Of a stretch of DNA of 64,000 nucleotides, positions 1 through 12,100 are shown piece by piece. A program made the translations under genes and the position numbers. Under the pieces are notes generated by a model, which saw only the letters and a list, made by a program, of their open reading frames with translations, had not been told where the DNA came from and searched no databases. The stretch comes from Antedon mediterranea (taxonomy: Eukaryota > Animalia > Echinodermata): assembly GCF_964355755.1 (NCBI RefSeq), contig NC_092673.1:24735648-24799647 (forward strand), read 5' to 3'. Positions within the stretch are counted from its first letter, which is position 1. Each line of letters begins with the position of its first letter.

Positions 1-934
1 ATTACAATAGTTAATTTTATTTTATTTCAGTCCTTCATTAATAAACGACATTCGCCACTCAAAGAATTAGAAACATGTTTTCTTACTCTAAATGATCAAG
101 TCATTAATTTAGCGCTTCAGTTAAATTTACAAACTAAACTATATATTTTAAATGCGTATATGGATATATAATAATATGGCGGATATAAAATTATTTAAGC
201 ATTGCGGTACTCTAATCTTAGTATTCCTCGTTTGGAGAGACTAATTGTTGGTTTATCTGGTATCTTGGGCATAAAGTTTGGCAAAAAATATAACATACTA
301 CTATTTTAATAATTTAAATATGCGTAAAGCAAAGAGAACATTAAAGAAAATATGAAGAGCTGTTATTAACTTTGTCCCAGTAACATAGGTCAACTGGTCC
401 CCAAGCAATTAGCCTGTTTTGTTGATTGCTGTTTAATGTTTTCAACATTCATCAACAGGAGAATTAGGAAGGCTCAATTGTTGCTATTATTACTAAGCAG
501 GTGGTAGATTGTAAACATTGTTGTTTAATACGTGCACTAGGCACATGGTATAATATTTATTTGTTATCAATGCACTGTACTTTTGATCCATTTTCTGTGC
601 TTTCTTTACTACAGCACAAACCTGTTTCTTGTTCACAATTTTTTGGAGACACTTTATAGTAAGCCTACAGTACTTCTGTTTTTGAAATACAAAAACAGAA
701 AGTAGAGGGTTCCTGTAACTTAACTAAAACACTACTACTACATTACTTCAGAAAGGTTTATTTCATGTTAATTTTTTTTAAACATTTTTTTAAAAACCAT
801 ATTTAATGAGGATGATCCATCCAGCTATTGCTGATCGTTAGGGACCCTCAGAGGTTCACAAGACAAACATAAGATGCTCTACATAAACAAAGTCTTTTTA
901 CAAGTCTTTGGGAGTGGATAATTTGGTCCTTAGA

Positions 935-1022
935 AAAAATCCTGACATGTGACAGGACTTGAACCCAGGACCCTTGGAGTGGTAGCCAATAAGCATCATA
1001 ACCACCAAGCCACAACTCCACT
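935..1022 (-). mobile_element. tRNA-derived SINE head
   Basis: Minus strand GTGGCTTGGTGGTTA (A box) ... GGTTCAAGTCC (B box); no intact cloverleaf. Confidence 0.5.
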
Positions 1023-2320
1023 CCAAATTAGAATTTAGAATTCACATGCATAGATAAATAACATAAACTATGTGTAAACAAACAAAATAAATAAAATGTT
1101 ACTACTGTATATTCAGTGAATACAAAACAACCAACAGTTGTTCATTTGTTTCAAATGTAAATTTAAACTATTTTGATGAATGGTCAGCATAATCTCTCTC
1201 TCTCTCAAAAAGTTTCCGTTTTTATGTATTGTTATGCATTCCACGTTCTATATTCAGTAAGTGGCAAAAAATATTTACAAAAATCTATTTAAAAATATTA
1301 TTACAAAACAAACAAATTGTATAATTTTTCTGATGAGGGATGACTGGAAGTTGATAACACTCTGTACAAGGTTAAACTGTAAAAGTCAAGGCAAATTATG
1401 ATAATTATGGAACAAAATGTCAACTCCTACATTTATTTTAAAAAGACAATTTTTTCTGTTTGAACTGTTTATTCAAATGAAAATAAAATACCATAGCAAG
1501 ATTTAAAAAGTGAAATTGTCCTTTTCATGAGATGTTTTATTTTTGTCTTGTGTGTGTTCGTCCCACTTTTATTATGATACTCTGTAAATACATATATTTT
1601 TTCAAACATATTTTGTTTTTTTTCATGAGATGTTATTGTTAATAAGAAGAGATAAATAAAATATTGAGTTTAGATACAGTATGGATTTAATTACATGAGA
1701 TGAGCTATCTATACACAATTTCTACGAGAGAGTTCAAATAAAAGAGTGCATAGTGAGCAGCTGTAGGTTTTGACATTAACCATACACAGGAAATAAAGTA
1801 CATTATGGTACAATAGGAAGAGAAAAAAAAATATGTGAAAAGAACAAAATATTATTTTTACACGATTTTGTCTTAGTCTTTGCAGTTTAAATTTTAGTTT
1901 GTTCTGCGTACGCAAGGTAAACATTGCACTCGATATATTACCCTCATTTTAATTGGTTGGGTGGGTATCTAGTAATGTAGTATGGGTGAATTCTGAAACC
2001 TTTCGGAAGTTACATTGTACTGTATGTAATCATGGAGGTATAAAAAAGCCTCCATGATGTAATGAATGGTACTATTATGTAATGTGTAACCTCTGGAGCC
2101 TTGCAGAGTTATATCAGGTGTGTGTACCCATCAGAGTTATATTTTATATCTCTATCGAATCGAAGGTGCATCAAAGTTATATTGGAGCATGGAGAGGTAT
2201 CTAATTTTATACTGCTATGATTGGAGGAGCTACCAAGTTTCCTGATCACACAAGCATTAGTTAAAGTACTACATTGGTTGTAAATCTGATATGATTCTGA
2301 TCAGCTTAACCCTGTTATAT

Positions 2321-2622
2321 TATACAAATAATGAATGTTTATGAGTGCAATGGTACAAATAATGGCACGAGGTGAATGATGAAAGGTTATATCAACGAGG
2401 CAAAGCCGAGTTGATATAACCTTTCATCATTCACCAAGTGCCATTATTTGTACCATTACACGAATACAAAACATTCATTATTTGTTTTATATAACATCTA
2501 GACGTTTTTTTTTCGTACACAAAAATGTTTCAAAAAGTACTATTTAACGATCGTTGAATAGTGCGTACTATTGCACGCCATGTGACCCACATTCGTCCAA
2601 TCAAATGACAGGAATTTATATA
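2321..2622. mobile_element. Palindromic interspersed repeat, copy 1
   Basis: Hairpin with ~75-bp arms centred on GAGGCAAAGCCGAG (~2402); near-identical inverted copy at 30572-30863. Confidence 0.85.
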
Positions 2623-3057
2623 GGTGTTATATAAAAACACTTAAATCCAGTGTGTGTGAGCATAGTATGTACTGTATGTGGTATATACAGCTTTAGTACA
2701 ATAATTGTGAACCTGACATTTTATACCTCCATGGTAATGGTATACTGTACTATACTAGTTTCTTGTATATTAATAATAATTATTAATAAAAAAACCTACA
2801 ATTCAAAATTTTAGATTAATGATCTACTGATTTTAAGATTTGTTCATTGTTTCTTTCTTCAATAATTAACAGTTAAAGCTCACTGCGCTACTGACAAAGA
2901 ACATTAAAAAAGTTACAAATCTTAAAGACTACAAACATCACAAATATGCTTCAAGTTTTCAGGATAAGACATGGTGAATAAATGAGTTTTTAAGCTAGAC
3001 TTGAATGTATATAATGTACTAGAGTTAAAGTAATATTGATTTATTTTTTTCTTTAAG

Positions 3058-3123
3058 GAGAAGAAGAGCAAGAAAAAGAATTTTTTGATAATTATGGCAA
3101 AAATGAAGAAGAAGAAAAATCAG
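3058..3123 (+). CDS. PCGF3: PCGF3-like coding exon (post-RING linker, EEEQEKEFFDNYG)
   Basis: Poly-T tract then aag| acceptor; ends CAG|gtttgt; phase 1-1; open acidic frame. Confidence 0.6.
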
Positions 3124-6100
3124 GTTTGTTAATAATATTTTTATCATTGAAATGTCACTTAAAGGATGATAAGTTGTCAATATTGACTTTGTTCTCAGAC
3201 AGAAAATTAATGAATTAATCTAAATGTTTATTCGTTTATCAGTTTATTGCAAATCTAGTATTAATTTATTATCTTTATTAATTATACTTTTAATCAATCA
3301 ATCCAGTAGGTATCTATGTACCTGTATTGGAAATGCTTAATTGTTCAATATAAATTTATTCAACATCTACATTTCTGCCACCTAATATTATACCTAGCTT
3401 AAACTCTGTCTACATTATCAAACTAGTTTGACAAAAAATGTGTAATGTGTCCAAATATAGTAGTGATATCCCCAAATATGTTAGTGATATGCCCAAATAT
3501 GGTAGTAGTGATATGACATCATCATGTCCATGGGCACGTCCCATTTAAAGTTTGTTCGTGTAGACAGAGCTTTAATTTTCTATTAACACCCACCCTGAAG
3601 CGTGGTTCCCACTAGCGACGCAACGCAAGGACATAACGCAACGCAAGTGAATTGACGTCCTTGCGTTACGTTCTAGTGGGAACCAAGCTTAAACAAGCCT
3701 CTTAACAACCATCTAAAGGGCATAGCATGGTATATACAACCTACTCTACTGTAAAGGGGGTGACTACTGTAGACTAAATAATTTCTCCATGACTAGAGCA
3801 ATCTATTTTTTAAAGCGCCGATTGTCATTTTTGTTGATGACATGTTGTTTTCTGGGAATAAAAGTTAAGAGTACAATGATCATGACCCATCCTTCAGTTT
3901 TTGGTACCTACCCTAAGTAAATCTTCCCCCTTGTGTATATGTCCATAAAATAATAACATAATAATACTAATACTATACTATAGTATGAAGAGTTATACAG
4001 TATATTAATAAATCATGTTCATGATTGATTAGAACAAACTAATTGAGTAAGTAAGATACTGTACGCATGTATAATCATTAAACATTGTCATGTACATAAT
4101 AATAATAATAATAATTTATCATGTTATTGCCATCAATTAATATTAATACAGTAATAATATTAAAGTACTAGGCATATATGAGGAAATCGGAAATAAAAGA
4201 AATATAATAATGATCGTAATCATGTACTGTTATTTTCACTTTAAAGCAAGATCAGAAAAAAAAGATCCAACAAAATGGTACACCAGGTTTTGATGCGTTA
4301 ATATTTCCTCACTGGTGATTCAACGAGGAAACAATGCACATTCAATTGTTTCTCTTTGTTTAGAAATTCAATACTCAGCTCAGCATCTTTGTTTTTAATT
4401 GTCTTTTCTTAAAATAGAATTTTGTATTTTGTATATAAATTTTTATATTTTTCTATTTCTTTTTTTCAAGTTGGTATGGTATAGGAAACTAGTACTACTG
4501 TATATTATTATTGTGTTTATTTCTGTCAGTATACACAAAGGGCATTTTTTAGTAAATTTATTACATATATTTTGTTTACTAAATTTTATAACAATCTGTT
4601 TGTGTTTAACAATATTGTAACATGCCATCAAGAAAAAATTAAATCTGAAATCTTGGGAGATCAAATTTTTCAGTTTTTTGCATCTTCACAAAAATAGTAC
4701 AAAAAGAAATGATGACGGTGGTATGTTGGGAGGCTCCCACTTAAGGGTGCCATTACGGACCATCTCATTGGCAGGTATGGGTGTCATCCCACTAAAAATT
4801 CTTATCCCGCACTTTATCTTTATCTTTTTTTTTTTTATTGAATAGGCTAAAGTTGGTTAAATCCATGTACTGTAGAATTACCAATGCCAACCATTTCTGC
4901 AAACATTGTGATTTAACACTTTAAAAAAAAGCACATTCCAAGATAATAAAACACAGCCATTTAAAAACGTACAAATGGTACTGTACTGTATACAAAGTGG
5001 ATAACGATGACAAGTCACAGTAAACGATTTAATTCATCTGCTCAGCAGGTGCTTGAATATTGGAATACTTTCTTTCATTGTAAGCTGTTTTTAGATCGAT
5101 TAAAGCTAAAGGGAAAATGACAAGAACGTAGGCTGACGGTGTAAAGTAAATGAGCACTGTCCGATGTAGATTAAATGAAGAGTAATAATATTTTTAACTA
5201 TAAACATTTTCATCATTGAAAATGAAACAAATTAGTAACTGTTTGAGATGTTTCAGTACCTCCAGGCAAAATATGTGTAATTTATCACAGACAAGGCTTG
5301 TATGAGCATAGCTATTATTTAGGTGGTAAACATCTGGAATTAGTGGTTTAATGAATGGATAAAGTAGAATTAATGCGTGCAGACGTACTGTGAGTAGTTA
5401 TTATGTAAATTAGGTATGCTGCGTAGTAATACTTTATACTTAATTAAAACAAACACTTCACATTAGTTATAGATATAAATAAATTGATTGAATAATCAAT
5501 GCATACAGTAGTTTTGATATGTGATTTTGCCAATATTATACAAATATCAACCCCTTCTAAAATACCAAATTATAAGCCAACTTCTTGGTTGCTGTACAAT
5601 GACTTTAACTTATAAGTCAATAAATAAATATATAATTGGACAAAAGTATAATTATTAGCATGGATGAGTGACATATTTAATTATAAAATCCTAATTAATC
5701 CTTTAGATATTAACACTTAGATTTGTTCGTATAAGTAATCTAAATTATATAGTAAGTGCATTAGCATTTACAGTTTAAGTATTATTCTTCATTTTATAGG
5801 TTGCTTTAAATTTCATAGCAACATTATTTTTTATTATGCCAGTATATTTATCGAAATTATATGTTATTTAAAAAAAAAAATTATATAAATTATGAAGCTA
5901 AAGCTCTGTCTACACTATCAAACTTTATGTGACAACAAAATGTGATGTGTACATACAGTATATGGACTTGATGATGTCATATCACTACCATATTTGGGCA
6001 TATCACTACCATATTTGGGCACATCACACCTTTTTTGTTAAACTAAACTTTTAAAGAATTGTATATCTTTTATTTGCAGAAACAGAAAAGGAAAAAGAAT

Positions 6101-9100
6101 TAGAAGATGAGATAAAAGAGGAAGAAGGGGATTACCACAGAAACGATGACCAAGTAAAAATACAATTAGAACGAAACACAGAAAATTGGAGACAACTGCG
6201 AAAGAAGTACATTCGTATATCATCGCAGGCAACTATAACTCACCTTAAAAAGTTACTAGCGTATAGATTAAAACTCGAGAAACATACGGAGGTAGGTTAC
6301 TCTTTGGTTTTATCGACCTTGGCATCTAGCTGTTGAGTCGAAAAGTCATCCTGCAAAATGATTATGCAGAATAACTGCAAACTCCTTATTCATCGTTGTG
6401 AAAATGAATGGTGATCAGTGAAGGACTGACAGGATTTTCAATGAATGGTTGCTGTCATAATCTTGCAAGCATGTCTAATCACATTTTTTAATATAATCAT
6501 CTTCAATCAACGAAGCGCATGTACATGTTGCTCGGTTGCCTAGGTCTAATCTCATATGTTTTATTGTATCATTCTGAATGGTTTATCTTAAGACATTATA
6601 AATAAATTCATCCTGTTATATTGAATATTTACTGTACTTGCTTTCTTCTACAGGTTGATATACTTTGCAATGAGGAGATACTTGGCAAGGACCACTCACT
6701 AGAATTTGTTAGCGCAACTAGATGGCGTAGTAAGGTAAGTTACCATACATATTACCTTAGTTTTAAATTCCAAGTATGCTACTGGTACTTGATATGTTGA
6801 CATCAAAAAACTAAGCTTTTTGGCACTCCGTCTGCCAAAATTTGGGAGCTTTTGATTTCACTATTTTTCTAGAGCAGTACTGTACGTTAGCTTCATCTAT
6901 TGAATTAACATTTTTGATGACCATGATTACTGTATTTTGCTCATGTATCTATACTAAGTTTGATTTCCAAGACAAATATGTACTGTACAACAGTATGCAG
7001 AAAGAAAGCCATTTTAAACACACATGGCATAATCAAGTGATTATTCAATTTTATAGGTCTTTACCAAAATCAATGGACTGCATTTTTTCTTCATTGAGTT
7101 GAAAGTCCAAAGCTACCTATTTTTTAATAAATCGCAATGCAAAAAATGTCTAGTCTATTTTGCGCATAGCTTACCTGGATAAACCGACACTGGCCTATTC
7201 TCTGCAATGAACTGCATTTTTTCTTCATTGAGTTGAATGTCCAAAGCCACCTATTTTTAATAAATCGCAATGCTACTATTTCCACCAGTATAATACCCAT
7301 ATTGCTCCTGCTTTTTTAGTTTATTCAGACAAATAAATCATATTTGAAAATTAAGAATTAATTTTTATGTTTGTACACTACTATACCAAAAGATGGTATG
7401 TTTGAAAAATAAAAAAAAAAATTCTCACCAAATTCATATTTAATTTTCTGCTATTACCGAGTTTGAAAATTACCAAATTATCTTAACTCTTAACTATATA
7501 ATAGTAATTAATTGTGCTCATGAGAGAATACAGCTGAAAGCTAAGCTCGAATGCAGTGTGTTAGAATGTATAAAACATTATTTGTAATCCCGTATCATAT
7601 TGAAACCGTAGATTGCAATTTTACTTTAGGGGGTGAAACTTGTACTGAATAATGAAATTCATAGGATTAAATTCACACTTATTAAAATTCAATGCATTTA
7701 AAAGTCTACATTCAATAAATCCCAAAACATAATCCACATGTATTTTAAGAGGCACTATATGTGACCCGATCTGGCAAAACCCTCTCTTTGTCGGCAATTC
7801 AAAATTCACGTAATCAGTCAAAATACGTCCAAATCGACTACCCTGGCAGATTACATGTTTTTGCATTTTCGAAATATTTCACTATCTAAGAATACGTCTA
7901 CCTGATTTAAACTCCCGAAATTTAACTAAAATTATGAAAAAAGAGAGTTTTAAAAACATGTATTTTCCTCAAGCCTAACAATTTATTCACGATCTACGCT
8001 AAAATTTTGCGTAAATTCAGTTGAAAGTTGCCGAGTTTTACGACATTTTGATCGCCAGTTCGCTGCACAATGTTGAAAGGTCACACATCAAAACAAAGCT
8101 CATCCATTTGACATTCCAAATATAGAAGTTTTAGGGCGGAGTTTAAAGAAGGAACCAATGAAAACTTTGATTTACTATGACATCATTTCAGAAAATTCGG
8201 TTCTTCGAAGTTTCTGGAACAGCGAACTGCGTGTGTTGCTATGGCGCATCATCGCAATAACAAACGTTATTGGTCAACGCGCTAGATGTTATACGCTCTA
8301 CGCGCGGAAATAAAAAGTTGTTTACATTTTTGTGAGGTTATTTTTATTGTACACACAGCATGTCGTAAATTGGAATAAAAACGATTTTAATATTCAAAGT
8401 AAAGTGTTTTGCAATAGCTGTAGTGTGTATTTGTTTATTCCATAGTAAAATAGACAAGTTAAAAACAATTCACGTCATAAATTCAATTGTATTTTCTATA
8501 TTTTTTTGGGCTAGTAGGCCCTAGGCCTAATTTTATTATGGTTGTAGGCCTACTACTACTGGGCCTAGCTTTATATTATTGTCAATAGTTTTATTTATAC
8601 ATTTTATATATCCAATCGGCTCTTAATTATTTATTTAATTTATTGTCCATTCTTTTCATATTAAATGTTTTTTTAAATCATTGGATTCAAGCCCAAACAT
8701 CACAGCGAATCTTCCACGTTATAAAAAAAAACAAATGTAATCGTCAATACAGTGTAATGTTAGCTTGCAATTAGCTGTGACTCTGCAAGGCGCCTAACTT
8801 GTCTAGACTAACGCTAGCCCCCGTGTCGATGCACCGCTGCCATACACGGCCTGATGAACACCCTTCATCAGTAGGTCTTAATACAGGCGATGACGGCGAA
8901 AATCTGAATAGGCGCGCCTAGGCCTAGGCCTGCTTGTTTTTTTGCCGTTGATATCGTAAACACTTCCGAAACCAGTTAACATTAGCTTGGTAGTTATAAT
9001 GCTGCTTTTCAATAGTGCAAAATAGTTAATTCGAGTGACTAAATAGGTTAAAACGGCGTCTGAAATCAGTCAAATTGACCATAGTGTCCACGCTGCTGCT

Positions 9101-12100
9101 ATATCGCACACACTTCCTGGTATGACGTCATTGTGCCTTAGACCAAAATAGCGCGTTGCTACGGAGTGAGTTTTCAGCGCGTATCAAAAAGAATTTCATT
9201 GCAAACTTCAAACGCGATTTTCTCGTAAACTAATTGAATGATTTGTAAGTTTTTAAAATATAATAACTTTTTAAATATTTACTCAATTTTTATGAAATAA
9301 ACACCATTGCAAAGCTTATGATTCAAATAATCCAAATATATAAAAAAATACAAAATGAATATTTCCGACAAAAGTAGGGTTTTGCCAGATCGGGTCACAT
9401 ATGTCAACAAATAATTATTAGTCCTCTCTCCATGACGGTTGTCACATAATGCTTTGTATTATTTTTTATTGTATTTTATTTATATGTTTCATATGGACAG
9501 TTTGTCTGAAATAAAGTTGAATTGAAATTGAATTGAAAAGAATACTTGGTAGAGAAAATTCTATTTTGATTTGTTTATTGTTTTTATTGCTACTGGAGTA
9601 AAACGTGTGAAGGTTTGGTTGAGACATGATTAACATTTCATTAATTATATATACTGTAAAAATTATCCACATAACCGGTTGCTTTAGAATTTCTTATGCC
9701 TGTAAATTATGTATCTCTTACGGGATTCCGCTTAGTGGATTAATAAACTGAAAGATGAGGACATATCAATTTGATCTCTGTTATACATGAATACAGTACA
9801 ATATTGATAACTACAGTGGTGCGGGTCCGCCATACCATGCCGAGTCGCTATCTAATAAAAATTGAACAATAACACGAAAACCTTAGTGGTCTATGGTTAG
9901 GACATCTCCATATCAAGCAGAAGGCTCTTAGTTCGAAACTCGGTTTTGGCGTCTTTTTCCGATTCTCACAAATTTATCATTATTATTGTTTCTAAATTAA
10001 TTAATACATTGTCAATATATCACTAGGCAGCTTGAATGTGTTCTATGCCTGTAAATTATTATTATTTTTATTTTAAATATTTAAATTTATTTAAGTATTA
10101 ATATCAATTTTTTTTTGTAGACCGTAACCTGAATGCTAAAACATTAAAATTATTTAAAATTCAGTTACATAAAATTTTAATAAATTTAATCAATTCTGTA
10201 TATTAATACCATTACCAGTTACTGTAATCATTACATTTGTTTAATTAGTCTAAACACGAAGGAATTAATTGTATTACATTCATGATCTAAAGTAGTTCTT
10301 TATGTGTAGTTAGTTGGATACGATCTTTACACTGTTTTCAGATGGATACTACATCACAGTCCTGTGGGAAAAATTATCATCTATTTGCTGAGGTTATGTC
10401 TAGTTAAGATATTCAGGGATAATGTACAGTAGTAACATACAGTACAATACATAAATTGATGAAACAGCTTGTTTTTAGATTTGAATAAATTTTAATGTCA
10501 TGCCATATTTCCTTTCTGCTAAATCCATTAAATTCAATATTTATATAATTATTTTATTACTTAATAATAATAATAATATAATATTTTTAGTTTAAAAGAT
10601 ATTTTAAGAAGAAGATCTATTTTTAGTATCATCTCCAGTAGTAAAAACTTGGTAAGAAAAACATTAAAAAAGAAATATAATGAAGAAATTAGTTTAATGT
10701 TAAAATGATTTTTACAATCAACTAAATTGAACCAAACTGTGATATACACTTAAACAGAAAATAATGAAAATTGTAGCCTCAATAGATAGATGACAAATAA
10801 TTAAAGTGCTATCCATCTGCATAAACTACTGTATTAACTATTATTATAGACCATTATTATCACAGTCCCATTCTTATGATATGATGGAGAAACTGCCGTG
10901 GTACGACTGAGGGATGTAATATTTGGAAACCCATCCACACACTTTCAGACAAAAAAGTATTAATACACCTTTAGTTTCTGTGTCAAAATAGAAATTTAAT
11001 TTGCTAATTTATTTTGCAAACAGAATTTTTTCCAGCTATTATAACATTTATTCAATAATGGTAAATAATATAAATAACAAATAATAACAACAACAATTGT
11101 TTACAATAATGTAAGTGAAAATAAAAGAAATAAACAGAACAAAATATCAAGTAGTTCTCATTTGAAATTAGACATAATTCATTTTTTTGTGCAAATAGAA
11201 TTAAGTTCAAGCTATAAGATAAGATAAGATAAATCTTTATTGTTGTGAACACAACCAGACGAACATGAAATTGGTTTTCCTTGATGCTTAAAAACACATA
11301 CAGTACACTATATAAAACATTAAAAAATATCAATACAATACATTAAAACTATATACAGTAGTAAACAAGTAAACAAACTATCTTTGAAATGTTGAGTTGG
11401 AAACATGAATAGAGTTGTGGACAAATGATTTCCTACATCGAGTGGTATTGCACATTAAACGACGAATTCTACCTGATTTATTAACAACATATTTATCATT
11501 CAATGGGTGTGAGTTATCTTTCATTATTTTCTTAACTTGGCTATTAATAATATCGCGCCTGTGAACTGCGTCGATAACATTAGTATAAATATATATTTCA
11601 ATCAATTCAATCAAACATTGACATTCTTTTCTATTATTTTACTAGCAGTTTTCATTATACGGTCAAGTTTCTTTTTATCATTACCACTCAGACTATTTGT
11701 ACCAAACAACACAGTTGAAAGTTACAACACTAAGAATAACACTCTGGTGAAACATACAACATTTGTTTACTAATGGTAACAATAACAAATGATAATAACA
11801 ACAACAATTGTTTACAATAATGCAAGTAAAGAAATAAACAAAAAATCAACTACATACATAAAATATACCTATTGAAAGAGCAGAATCAAGTAGTACTCTT
11901 TGAAATTAGACATCAAATATATAAATTGGGAAATTAAAATTCAGTTCCTACTAATAAAACAAAGTGTATTATAATGATTGACAACATAAATAATTAACCA
12001 GTTAAGTATAAGTGACTACCACCCAGTTAGAACACAGATTCAACATATATTTCACGCAGTAACCAAAACAATAACAGTGGATCTGAGGACAGCATCATAA

